Shown in pieces: positions 1-7,642 of a stretch of 8,398 nucleotides of DNA (within the stretch, counting starts at the first letter, position 1; every line of letters starts with the position of its first letter). Location: IMG/VR virus record IMGVR_UViG_2740892028_000003; one strand, written 5' to 3'. The position numbers and the translations under genes are program-made. The notes beneath the pieces were generated by a model, which ran no database searches, was not told the DNA's origin, and saw only the letters and a list, made by a program, of their open reading frames with translations. Source of the stretch: a virus (lineage: Duplodnaviria > Heunggongvirae > Uroviricota > Caudoviricetes).

Positions 1-289
1 TCTGCAGGTCTTCCGCCATCCCGGTGACCATGCCGTGCAGGTTAGAGACCGTCAGTGTCGGACGGGTAGCACTACCCTTACCGTTCAGTTCAAATCCCGT
101 CCCCTGAATAGGGTATACCTGATACTGCCGCCCCTGCCAGGTGACCGGCTCACCTTTTTCGTTCTGCTCATTACAGAAAAAATAACGTTCACCACCGACC
201 TCTGTCAGATCGATTTCCCAGAGCACCACCTGGGCTGACTGAGTAAGGCGTGTCGTCTCATGATGTGTTTCCTGTCGTATGTCCTGCAT
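1..289 (-). CDS. L: Minor tail protein L (lambda gpL-like), 5' part only; the gene continues beyond the left edge of the window
   Basis: Minus-strand frame is open from ATG at 289-287 to position 2 (96 codons: [96 protein letters not shown]). It is absent from the ORF track because it has no stop inside the window. It is nearly identical to the N-terminus of phage lambda gpL as I recall it (about a dozen substitutions in 96 residues). Its start overlaps the upstream gene's stop as TGATG. Confidence 0.9.
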   Translation of the reverse strand, partial: MQDIRQETHHETTRLTQSAQVVLWEIDLTEVGGERYFFCNEQNEKGEPVTWQGRQYQVYPIQGTGFELNGKGSATRPTLTVSNLHGMVTGMAEDLQ

Positions 290-627
290 CAGATCACCAC
301 TTCGTCAAACTGACACGAAAAATCGGTATAGGTGATATGTTCTGTCGCTGACCACGTTCGACACACCACTCTGATTTTTCTGTTAATACCCGGCGGGCGC
401 CAAAAAAAAGATTTATAGCCTCCATGCCGAGCCAGAAACAGTTCAAATGAATTACGTTCATTCGCCTCAACCCTGAAATCACAGGTAAAAACACGCAGAG
501 AATGATTAAGTCCGTTTGGGCTTCGTTGTTCATAACCATCGCCAAATCTTACAGTTTTTATCGATGGCTTATTTTCTGTTTTCATTCCATCCTCTGGTAA
601 CCAGTAAAATTCTTCCGTATTAGCCAC
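289..627 (-). CDS. M: Minor tail protein M (lambda gpM-like), 112 aa, GTG start
   Basis: ORF-track frame 289..627. The start codon at 627-625 is GTG, preceded by GGAGGAA with ~6 nt spacing. The protein aligns colinearly with lambda gpM as I recall it (shared VRFGDGY.QR, GLN, HGG.KSF.W.PP, V.C..WS and a C-terminal F.EVV motif). It overlaps the tape measure stop by 8 nt and the L start by 1 nt. Confidence 0.88.
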   Translation of the reverse strand: MANTEEFYWLPEDGMKTENKPSIKTVRFGDGYEQRSPNGLNHSLRVFTCDFRVEANERNSFELFLARHGGYKSFFWRPPGINRKIRVVCRTWSATEHITYTDFSCQFDEVVI

Positions 628-3600
628 TTAACATTCCTCCATCACGTCGCATATTTAACAGAGCGCCCTGCACCCGCTGATCAACCATCCCCATAAGTGC
701 TTTTATTGCCTGAGGACCAATCTCTCCATTCTGGCCGTCATTTTGAATAGTGATTTGGTATACAGGGGCATAAGTAATATCTCTGCCTCCATTACCACTT
801 TTACTATTAATAGCTCTGACACCAAGAGAACCATCGGAAGTTCGCGTTAATGGCATAATAGCTTCCGGTCCAGCCTCACCAAAAACACCAGCTCCTTTTG
901 CAAAAGCAAAAAATTGCGGGGAGTCATAAATACCGTTCGAATATGTACTCAATGACGGAGACTCATAAACACCGCCCTTTGCATTCGGAATAAATTTACT
1001 AATAGCACTCCCGATAGTTCCTAAAATACCCCCAGAAGAACTGTTACTAATGCTGTCGAAAATCCCAGTAATTGAAGCCTTTAATGCAATTCGGCTAAGA
1101 TCTGAAATCACGGAAGTAGCGAAAGAACGAAAATTTGCCTTGCCTGTCGTGACAAAATCACCTAGCGCATCGGTCATCCCATCAAACATCTGAGTCGTGG
1201 TTGATTTTATTTGCGCACCGATATCCTTAGTGTCATCCAGCCAGTTATTGAATCCCTGGGAGGCACCACTAATCCAGTCTCCTGCCTGAATATCGAGCTG
1301 CTCGTTTTTCTGGCTGACAATTTCTTTTTCTCGCTCCAGAGCATCATTCAGAGCCTGCATTTTCTCCTGAAAAACATGATTTGACATTCCACGGGATTTA
1401 TCTGCATAGTCACGTTCAAGTTGCAGACGCTGATTGTTATATTCACGTTCAATCCGCAGTAATTCCTGCTGGCGTTGCTGATTTTTATCGCCAACCCCAT
1501 AACCAGCAATCTGAATATCATACCCCTGCTGACGATTATCAATCGAAGCCTGCAATGAATCACGCCATGCGGCTATTTCGGCGGATTCTTTGATTAGCCT
1601 GTTATTTTTTTCAATCGCAACATTTTTCTCCATCAACGCGGTTATTTCTTCCCGGTGTAAGAGAAGCGATTTCTGATCCTGGGTTAATTTCGATGACGGT
1701 CGTGACTCCAGGTCGGCAATCTGCTGACGCCACTTAACCAGTTCCTGTTCAGAGGAACTTAATTTAACGGTCAATTCAGCTTGTGAACTTAGTAACGCAT
1801 TCTGTTGATTCAGATGATCAATCATTCGTTGGGCAGCATCATCCGAATAACCTTTCGCCTTTGGTTGCTTTGGATCTTTATAACGCTCATTTATTTGAGC
1901 GATAAGATTATTATATTCTTCCTTTGAATACTGATTCTTTAGCTTTTCCAGTTTTGCAAGTTCACTAGCTCTCTGCTGCTCCCGGGTCTGATATTGTTTT
2001 GAAAAAGCATCTGCTCTCTGTCTGAGTTCAATTCCTTCCTGTTGTCGCTTGTTGTAATCGTTTATTGATGAATTTAGTACGTCCTGAGCAATTTTTTCTG
2101 CTTGAAGTACGCCCAATTGCTGCTTTAATCGTGCCAGCTTTTTATTTTGAGCTCCGCCATCTCCAATGCCACCTAACCCGAAAACTCCGGGTCGGGTATT
2201 TTTTTCTATTTCATCAATTTGACGGAGAACATCTGAGATTTTTTGATCAAGGGAGGCCTCACGGCCAATATCCAGCATGGAATCCCATGCCCATTTTGCG
2301 GAGTCTGCGACAGCTTTCCATGCAGTCTCAAGATAACCAAGATTTTCTTTAATCTGGTTGGTGCGCTGGATCATTGAGGATGAGTATGCTTCTGTCGCAA
2401 TGCGGGCGGCCTCCTGCTGGTTCCCTTCATCCTGTAGCGCCTTAATCTGGTTATAAGTCGCAAGTGTCAGAAAATGGTACTGATCATTAAGTTTTGATAT
2501 AGCACTGACAGGATCCTTTGCAATTTCATTGAAGTCATTAACCAGTTGTTCGGTTGATATTCCTGTTACTTCGCTCGTTTTTACTATCGCTGTCGTCACT
2601 TGCTCCAGCGAACTGCTCGCTACCTTTCCCGAACGCACAAGCTGGTTTAATACTGCCGCCGCAGCGCCAGTTGTCGAATCAGCCGCATTCCCGGCACGTT
2701 GAGCTATATCGGCCAATTGCCCGCTGGTTGTCCCCAACTGATTTCCGGTAAGAATAAGAGATTTATTAAATTCGTCCTGCTCCTGAGAGCCTTTATAGTA
2801 AGCCAGCCCTAAGACGCCAACGGCTGCTGCGGCCAGGGTAAAAGGATTAATTAATCCCAGCACATAAGAACCTACACCTTTGATCGCCGGGCCAATCCCA
2901 CCGAACATATCTTTTAGCTGGCCGCCCTGCTGCATTAACACCATAAATGGCGACTGACCAGTGGACAACCCAACAACAATATCCGTCATTTGTGCAGGCA
3001 ACATGCGCATAGCAAAAGCCGTTTGTTTTGCCGACATTCCGGTTTTGCTTAATTGCGATTGAGTAACCTCAAGCTCACTCCGCATAGCACGAAGTTTTCC
3101 AGAAAGCTCCTCATACATTTCAGGAGAAAGCATCCCCTTAGCTTTTGCTTCATTGAGCTGTTTCTGTTGTTCTACCAGACGATTAAAAGCAGTTCCGACA
3201 GGATCAAGTTGAGCAATCAGACGTTGCAAAGCAGCAACCTGTTCATCATGTGCTTTTGCTGCTTCTCGCTCTGCCTGAGCCTCTCCGGTAAGCTCTCGCC
3301 GTGTTTCCTGTATTTTTCGGCTATAATTCTCAAACTGAGAACCATTTATTTTCCCGGATGCAAACGCAGCATTAAGTTCATCCTGCTGTTGTTCAAGATT
3401 TCTTAGCGCCGCAGCCAGAGGGTCGATCTTGTCCAGCATTCTTTGAAAGACCTGAGCCTGCGCTTCCTGCTGGGCGGCAGCAAGTTTTCCGGCCTTCTCG
3501 GCTTCTCTCTGCGCTTGCGCAACCCCGCTCAATTCCTCTGTGGTTTCATTAAGTTTACGGACAAGAAATTCATATTCTTCTTTATCAATAAGCCCTTTAT

Positions 3601-3853
3601 CGAAAAATTTCTTTAATTCAGAATAGCGTCGACCGACAGTATCAATTGCGGCACCAACTGGATCAATAGCTGCTTTTAATTTTGCGAGCGCGTTCTTCTC
3701 ATCTTCTGTTGCCTTAGTCACTTTCCCTGCGCTATTTGCAGCAGTTTCCCCAGCCTGCGTCATTTTGACTAATGAGGAGGCCAGATTGTCAGCATTATTT
3801 TTCGCTCCAGTGCTATCAATAATTATTGCGAGACGCGAGGTTTGCTCTGCCAT
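620..3853 (-). CDS. H: Tail tape measure protein (lambda gpH-like), 1077 aa
   Basis: Largest ORF in the window, ATG at 3853-3851 preceded by an in-frame TGA and by AGGAG ~9 nt upstream. It sits between the chaperone and gpM homologues. It shares with lambda gpH, as I recall it, the MAE N-terminus, the [10 protein letters not shown]...GQSP...LQQGGQ.KD.FGG block and the C-terminal NDG.NG.IGP.A.KA....MRDGG block. The N-terminal third is Ala/Glu/Gln/Lys-rich coiled-coil-like sequence, typical of tape measure proteins. Confidence 0.95.
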   Translation of the reverse strand: MAEQTSRLAIIIDSTGAKNNADNLASSLVKMTQAGETAANSAGKVTKATEDEKNALAKLKAAIDPVGAAIDTVGRRYSELKKFFDKGLIDKEEYEFLVRKLNETTEELSGVAQAQREAEKAGKLAAAQQEAQAQVFQRMLDKIDPLAAALRNLEQQQDELNAAFASGKINGSQFENYSRKIQETRRELTGEAQAEREAAKAHDEQVAALQRLIAQLDPVGTAFNRLVEQQKQLNEAKAKGMLSPEMYEELSGKLRAMRSELEVTQSQLSKTGMSAKQTAFAMRMLPAQMTDIVVGLSTGQSPFMVLMQQGGQLKDMFGGIGPAIKGVGSYVLGLINPFTLAAAAVGVLGLAYYKGSQEQDEFNKSLILTGNQLGTTSGQLADIAQRAGNAADSTTGAAAAVLNQLVRSGKVASSSLEQVTTAIVKTSEVTGISTEQLVNDFNEIAKDPVSAISKLNDQYHFLTLATYNQIKALQDEGNQQEAARIATEAYSSSMIQRTNQIKENLGYLETAWKAVADSAKWAWDSMLDIGREASLDQKISDVLRQIDEIEKNTRPGVFGLGGIGDGGAQNKKLARLKQQLGVLQAEKIAQDVLNSSINDYNKRQQEGIELRQRADAFSKQYQTREQQRASELAKLEKLKNQYSKEEYNNLIAQINERYKDPKQPKAKGYSDDAAQRMIDHLNQQNALLSSQAELTVKLSSSEQELVKWRQQIADLESRPSSKLTQDQKSLLLHREEITALMEKNVAIEKNNRLIKESAEIAAWRDSLQASIDNRQQGYDIQIAGYGVGDKNQQRQQELLRIEREYNNQRLQLERDYADKSRGMSNHVFQEKMQALNDALEREKEIVSQKNEQLDIQAGDWISGASQGFNNWLDDTKDIGAQIKSTTTQMFDGMTDALGDFVTTGKANFRSFATSVISDLSRIALKASITGIFDSISNSSSGGILGTIGSAISKFIPNAKGGVYESPSLSTYSNGIYDSPQFFAFAKGAGVFGEAGPEAIMPLTRTSDGSLGVRAINSKSGNGGRDITYAPVYQITIQNDGQNGEIGPQAIKALMGMVDQRVQGALLNMRRDGGMLSG

Positions 3854-3870
3854 TCATTAAAACTCCTGAC

Positions 3871-3896
3871 AACAAAAAACCCACCGAAGTGGGTTT
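3871..3896 (-). terminator. Rho-independent terminator-like hairpin just upstream of the tape measure RBS
   Basis: On the minus (mRNA-sense) strand: 5'-AAACCCAC-UUCG-GUGGGUUU-3' (3896..3877), a perfect 8-bp stem with a C(UUCG)G tetraloop, running straight into a U-rich tract (UUUGUUGU, 3876..3869). The tape measure SD (AGGAG) and ATG follow within ~20 nt. Confidence 0.55.
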
Positions 3897-4016
3897 CAGG
3901 CGACATAATAGTAGATATAGCGATTACGAGGCCACGCAATGCTTTTCTCCAGGAGCATCATCGATTTAATTAAAGACACCATCACATCTCTGTAACAGAG
4001 TGTACGTAATTAACAA

Positions 4017-4786
4017 CTACACACACTGCTCCTGAAAATACTGGTCATCCAGTGCAAAGATCACTGCTTCAAATTCATCGCGCTCAATCAATACCGGATG
4101 AGTGGCTAAATATTCATTTATCTCTGTCAGAGATAAAGGCAAAGGCACCCCAGTCATTCCAGCATAACGTCGGGCACGGGATATTACCGAATAGGCGTAC
4201 AACAATTCCTTAAGCACCGGGTCTATTTCTGGTTCCGGTATCGGTGGCAACCTGAGTTTTTCTCGCTTCCATCTTGCCTTTTCACCCTTTTCTCCCCCGA
4301 ACTCCGATAACCACCGCTGGGCGGCTATGGCTTTTTTATCGTATCCTGCTTCTGCTGCTCTTTACCCTGGGCGATGCTGGCTGCTTCTGCAAGGATCTGC
4401 CAGTACAACTCCGGATTCTGCTTAAGCAGCGCGATCCCTCGTTCTGGCGTATATTCCAGTGCAACCTCAACACCATCAACCAGTTCACCAACCCCTTTCC
4501 AGTCTTTCAGCAGATAACGAGCAGCATTATCAATGAGTAAATCATCAACAGAATCCACCTCGGAAACCTTTGCAATATCAAACTCCTTCGTTCCGACGTG
4601 CAAACTGGCATCCATTTTCTCAATGTGGCGACGGATTAATGCATTACGGGAGCGATACTGATCGTTATCGCTGCTTGCCACCAACAGTTTTAACCCGTCT
4701 ACAGGTTTTAAGTCCTTCATTGGGGTAAACCAGCGTTCACCACCGATGATAATTTTCTGATTAAGAATAAACATCCATAACCTCAT
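4017..4786 (-). CDS. Tail assembly chaperone GT fusion, predicted product of a programmed -1 frameshift at 4337..4331 (G frame 4786..4331, then -1 frame to the stop at 4019..4017)
   Basis: The -1 frame is open with no stop from the slippery heptamer through to the stop at 4019-4017, reading ...DTIKK/AIAAQRWLSEFGGEKGEKARWKREKLRLPPIPEPEIDPVLKELLYAYSV...QEQCV. The track's 4017..4250 ORF is the tail of this frame, reported from an internal TTG. A G/GT pair immediately upstream of the tape measure gene is the conserved siphovirus arrangement. Confidence 0.7.
4325..4786 (-). CDS. Tail assembly chaperone (lambda gpG analogue), 153 aa; a second ATG at 4774 with a better-spaced GAGG may be the true start (149 aa)
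   Basis: ORF-track frame 4325..4786, assigned by position between the major tail protein and tape measure genes. It is acidic and ends two codons after an A_AAA_AAG slippery heptamer. ATG 4774-4772 is preceded by GAGG with 6-7 nt spacing; ATG 4786 is preceded by GGGGGG at ~8 nt. Confidence 0.78.
   Translation of the reverse strand: MRLWMFILNQKIIIGGERWFTPMKDLKPVDGLKLLVASSDNDQYRSRNALIRRHIEKMDASLHVGTKEFDIAKVSEVDSVDDLLIDNAARYLLKDWKGVGELVDGVEVALEYTPERGIALLKQNPELYWQILAEAASIAQGKEQQKQDTIKKP
4331..4337 (-). other. -1 ribosomal frameshift slippery heptamer A_AAA_AAG (recoding signal)
   Basis: Minus-strand codons ATA AAA AAG CCA TAG: the heptamer A-AAA-AAG sits in the zero frame (X_XXY_YYZ) two codons before the G stop. 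The + strand shows it as CTTTTTT at 4331..4337. Confidence 0.7.
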
Positions 4787-4795
4787 TCAATGCGC

Positions 4796-4822
4796 CCCCC
4801 TGTAGTGCAGTACCACAGGGGG
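4796..4822 (-). promoter_or_regulatory. Intercistronic stem-loop between the major tail protein and chaperone genes
   Basis: Minus strand 5'-CCCCCUGU-(11-nt loop GGUACUGCACU)-ACAGGGGG-3': a perfect 8-bp stem with 6 G-C pairs, no U-tract after it. The 3' arm G-run lies 8-9 nt upstream of ATG 4786. Confidence 0.4.
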
Positions 4823-4834
4823 AATAACGGAAAA

Positions 4835-5797
4835 TCAACTAATCGCCTCAGCACTGGCTTTTGCGATCACGGCAGCCGGGGAGGCTTTTTTTCTGGTTAT
4901 CGTAGGTGCTTCATCTGCTGCGGTAATGCTCAATTGAACCTGGATAATGTCGGTATTACCCCCATCAGGCCATTCACCTGACATCTGAACCTTCGGGAAA
5001 CTGAAAGTGTATGCCCCCTCTCCATTCGAAAGCGTGAAGCTGAACGGAACTGTTTCTCCAGTCAGTGTTTTACTCCAGATTTCCCACGCGGCTTTAGACC
5101 ATGAAAGCGTCACCGTACCGGACGGTGTAAAAGTAGTCGGAATATTTGCTCCTGCATAAGGCGAGCCAGTCCCGATACAACGCTGTGTCTGGAGTTTGTT
5201 ATCGAACTGAATATCAAAACTGTCGATACAAAAACCGTTACCTCCGGCAACACCATTCAGGCTTACTGCTGAAACCTCCTTAAACGAATAACGTAGCTTT
5301 CCTGCACTATCCACAGGTTCGCCTTTGATAAAATTCGTATCATCGGCCTTTGATTCCCAGTCCAGCCCGGCAAAGGTTACGGTCGCCGTAATATCGCCGT
5401 CGTTAGGGATCTGCATTTTCCATGAGCCAACCTGCGCTCCTCTGACAACAGAGGCAATTCCGACATCGGACGCATAGGTCGCCAGAGAAAATGTTATTCG
5501 CTCATTCCCCATTGTCAGAGAATCACCTGACCATTCCGCGCCGAAACAGGATGCAAGAAAATCATCATGTTGACCCCAGCGAAATTTGGTACCAACATCA
5601 CCGCCAACATCCACAGTGCCAGGCGTCGCCCCCTGAGCCATCCGGGAGCCACCAATCTCATTATTTTCGCCTTTATTCTGGGTGGGTTTTACTCCCCAGC
5701 TTGTGCGTTTTAATAAACTCCAGTCACCACTTGCTGGTGTGGTGCCTGCAACTGTCTCCCGGATAAATGCCGAGATAACCTTTGCACCTGAACTCAC
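4835..5797 (-). CDS. Major tail (tube) protein, 320 aa, GTG start
   Basis: ORF-track frame 4835..5797. The start at 5797-5795 is GTG with a strong AGGAGG 5 nt upstream. Gly/Thr/Ser-rich, beta-type composition. Assigned by conserved position immediately upstream of the G/GT chaperone pair; it does not obviously resemble lambda gpV. Confidence 0.7.
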   Translation of the reverse strand: MSSGAKVISAFIRETVAGTTPASGDWSLLKRTSWGVKPTQNKGENNEIGGSRMAQGATPGTVDVGGDVGTKFRWGQHDDFLASCFGAEWSGDSLTMGNERITFSLATYASDVGIASVVRGAQVGSWKMQIPNDGDITATVTFAGLDWESKADDTNFIKGEPVDSAGKLRYSFKEVSAVSLNGVAGGNGFCIDSFDIQFDNKLQTQRCIGTGSPYAGANIPTTFTPSGTVTLSWSKAAWEIWSKTLTGETVPFSFTLSNGEGAYTFSFPKVQMSGEWPDGGNTDIIQVQLSITAADEAPTITRKKASPAAVIAKASAEAIS

Positions 5798-5823
5798 AGG
5801 AGCCTCCTATGTCATTAATTGCG

Positions 5824-6216
5824 CTAGAGCGCGCGATATGGAATTTGAAGATTAAGCTGGAACCAGCCATTCTTTTCGCCAACGGTTATTGAGGAAACAG
5901 CCTGGTAACTGAGACGGTCGTCATCCTGAAACTCAAACAGTTCCCGCAATTTATCGGCTGTCTCAGTAATGAGTTTTGAACCAGAACCTGCGGGGACAAA
6001 TAACTGAATAATGATTATTCCCGTGCGATAAACAACCGGCCCCGCACCAATTTCATTAACTCCAGCCTGCCCGGGAATATTACTTAACCGCGCCCAGATT
6101 AACTTACCGGAAGGATCGAACGTTGGCCCGTTCGGATACAATACGTCTTTTCCATTAATAACCGTCTGTGCCGTCATTCTGGAAATGACCGTATTTCTGA
6201 TTTCAGTAAACGTCAT
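5824..6216 (-). CDS. Tail terminator / tail completion protein (lambda gpU-like position), 130 aa
   Basis: ORF-track frame 5824..6216. The size and position match the gene immediately upstream of the major tail protein gene. Weak resemblance to lambda gpU as I recall it (IIQLFVPAG versus IEVFLPAQ). The ATG overlaps the upstream stop as ATGA. Confidence 0.55.
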   Translation of the reverse strand: MTFTEIRNTVISRMTAQTVINGKDVLYPNGPTFDPSGKLIWARLSNIPGQAGVNEIGAGPVVYRTGIIIIQLFVPAGSGSKLITETADKLRELFEFQDDDRLSYQAVSSITVGEKNGWFQLNLQIPYRAL

Positions 6217-6593
6217 TTGTAAGCCTGTAAAACACCATGAAAAGCGTTGGCATACACGCCAGTTGGCGCTTGTTGTGAATGACCGTTTTCAAGAGCCTCT
6301 GCATAAGGAAGGTTATTCTGGATATAAATAATTCCGTAATTTGCAGCTTTCGAAATAACCCCGATCCCACGCTGAACCGCAATCGTACCGTTCGGATCCA
6401 CGTTATCAGATATACCAAAATCGGGATGCTGTAACGACACCATGTTGTTATTTCTGAAACGCCCGGTATCAACCGGAGCAGCAATATCGATAGCAGTAAG
6501 AATCTGAATAGCGATGTAGCGAATTTTCAGCCCCACATCTTCCTCAATCATCCCGGCAAATATTGACGGTTCGATATCCCATGCCTTTGCCAT
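6213..6593 (-). CDS. Tail-component / neck protein, 126 aa (possibly HK97 gp10-family-like)
   Basis: ORF-track frame 6213..6593, with AAGGAG 7 nt upstream of the ATG. It contains an AP.DTGR.RN motif that I associate with the HK97 gp10-like tail-component family. Its position is within the head-tail joining block. Confidence 0.5.
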   Translation of the reverse strand: MAKAWDIEPSIFAGMIEEDVGLKIRYIAIQILTAIDIAAPVDTGRFRNNNMVSLQHPDFGISDNVDPNGTIAVQRGIGVISKAANYGIIYIQNNLPYAEALENGHSQQAPTGVYANAFHGVLQAYK

Positions 6594-6980
6594 TTACGCT
6601 CTCCTTAACTGGATTGAGTAAACTGATGCGGAAGGATCTACACTCGCTGTAATTACCTCGTATCGTTGCAACTGCCTTGATACAGGATCATAAATCTCAA
6701 TAATATGGCCGACAGCGGGTTTATCCGTAACCTCGCATACCAGAGCTGTTAATTTAAGGTCACCATGCAAAATATTAATCCCATCAATTCTGCCCAGCTT
6801 ATAACGCGTCAACACGCCTCGCCCGGTATAGGTTGCTGTGGATTCGCCGCCAGTTTCCGTCACTGGATTCCAGTTCCGGTGCGCAACGTAAGAACCAGAA
6901 AAATCACTCACGGCGTCTGCTAAATCCTCATCAAAAGCAGCGGCAACCTCTGACTGAATCTCTTCACGAAGCCCCATCAT
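6594..6980 (-). CDS. Head-tail joining / head completion protein, 128 aa
   Basis: ORF-track frame 6594..6980, with a GAGGGGGG SD just upstream. The size and position fit a head-tail joining protein; the stop/start arrangement (TAAATG and ATGA) indicates translational coupling to its neighbours. Confidence 0.5.
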   Translation of the reverse strand: MMGLREEIQSEVAAAFDEDLADAVSDFSGSYVAHRNWNPVTETGGESTATYTGRGVLTRYKLGRIDGINILHGDLKLTALVCEVTDKPAVGHIIEIYDPVSRQLQRYEVITASVDPSASVYSIQLRRA

Positions 6981-7372
6981 CCCCCCCTCACAACCCTGAC
7001 TTGTGAGCGACTAAGTCCGTACGGTTTCAGCAGTGCTATCGCAAGCTGTAAATCGGGTTCAAGCAATGCAGTGCTGTTTGCTGGCAATTCAGCAAATGAT
7101 TTCGATACACTGACCCCGTCAGCCGACACGGCTTTACTGATAACAACGCCAGAATCATTTTTCTGCTGAAACAACTTACCGACAGAGGCAATTCTGGCTG
7201 CATATGCTCCCGCAAGTTTTACCTCTTCCGGAATACGGGATGGGTTAATTTTCAGGCCGAAGCCATTAAGCCAGGCATTAGCCATTAAAACAGCTTTATT
7301 TTTAGCGTTCTCACTCGTCCAGGCGTTCCCAAACGCATTATCAACGTCATCACAGGTCACGTAAGTGATCAT
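6977..7372 (-). CDS. Head-tail connector (adaptor) protein, 131 aa
   Basis: ORF-track frame 6977..7372, with AGGAG 7 nt upstream of the ATG. The N-terminal region (MITYVTCDDVDNAFG...KAVLMANAWLNG) resembles the gp6-like head-tail connector family in general character. It is the first gene of the connector block after the head genes. Confidence 0.5.
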   Translation of the reverse strand: MITYVTCDDVDNAFGNAWTSENAKNKAVLMANAWLNGFGLKINPSRIPEEVKLAGAYAARIASVGKLFQQKNDSGVVISKAVSADGVSVSKSFAELPANSTALLEPDLQLAIALLKPYGLSRSQVRVVRGG

Positions 7373-7375
7373 GTG

Positions 7376-7600
7376 TTACTCCTGAGTTTTCCAGCCCAGA
7401 GCCTTCCAGTTGTCAACTTCATCAGGATGAACATTAGCGATAGTTGGTGCGCCGGGAAACATCTGATAATCGGTCACCATAACCACTAACTCAATTTGCG
7501 TTTTTTGTGGCTCCTGAATTTGCTCCACATTTTGCTCCACCACTGCATTTTTTTGCGCGGCTTCACGCTGTGCTCTTTGCTCTTTAGTTAATCCGGCCAT
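7376..7600 (-). CDS. Small hypothetical protein, 74 aa, function unknown
   Basis: ORF-track frame 7376..7600. The ATG at 7600 is preceded by GGAGGG 3 nt upstream and lies directly downstream of the hairpin terminator. Gln/Glu-rich N-terminal half. No family recognised. Confidence 0.55.
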   Translation of the reverse strand: MAGLTKEQRAQREAAQKNAVVEQNVEQIQEPQKTQIELVVMVTDYQMFPGAPTIANVHPDEVDNWKALGWKTQE

Positions 7601-7612
7601 ATACCCTCCATT

Positions 7613-7632
7613 AAAAATGGGGCCGAAGCCCC
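7613..7632 (-). terminator. Rho-independent terminator-like hairpin between the 206-aa gene and the 74-aa gene
   Basis: Minus strand 5'-GGGGC-UUCG-GCCCC-3' (7632..7619): a perfect 5-bp G/C stem with a C(UUCG)G tetraloop, followed by A then UUUUU (7617..7613). It lies 10 nt after the TAA stop of the 206-aa gene and just before the SD of the 74-aa gene. Confidence 0.5.
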
Positions 7633-7642
7633 GTTTGGATGT

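Noticed and set aside
402-409. A8/T8 homopolymer inside the M gene, considered as a slippage or phase-variation tract
   Set aside because: It simply encodes the conserved K-S-F-F-W motif (AAA TCT TTT TTT TGG) that lambda gpM also has; no alternative frame is open beyond it.
35-545. ORFs 35..238 (+) and 294..545 (-) overlapping the L and M genes
   Set aside because: They overlap genes with strong lambda homology in another frame or on the opposite strand; no independent support.
1348-3406. Plus- and minus-strand ORFs of 65-117 aa lying inside the tape measure gene (1348..1563, 1381..1593, 2065..2352, 2554..2751, 3053..3406)
   Set aside because: They are antisense to, or out of frame with, a well-supported 1077-aa gene, have low-complexity or hydrophobic translations without RBS support, and look like shadow ORFs of the Ala/Gln/Glu-rich coding strand.
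3939-3995. Plus-strand 18-codon ORF (MLFSRSIIDLIKDTITSL) in the chaperone/tape-measure gap
   Set aside because: Too short, no SD, and antisense to the operon; kept only as part of the description of the gap.
5721-5735. Chi-like sequence (GCTGGTGTGG) and other near-matches to GCTGGTGG
   Set aside because: No exact Chi octamer was found on either strand by eye; near-matches are expected by chance.
4274-5766. Plus-strand ORFs 4274..4540, 4790..4981 and 5491..5766
   Set aside because: They are antisense to the chaperone and major tail protein genes, with Cys/His/Arg-rich translations typical of non-coding frames.
6203-6484. Minus-strand 93-aa ORF in an alternative frame of the 126-aa tail-component gene
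   Set aside because: Fully embedded in a better-supported gene that has a proper SD and coupled start; the translation is not protein-like.
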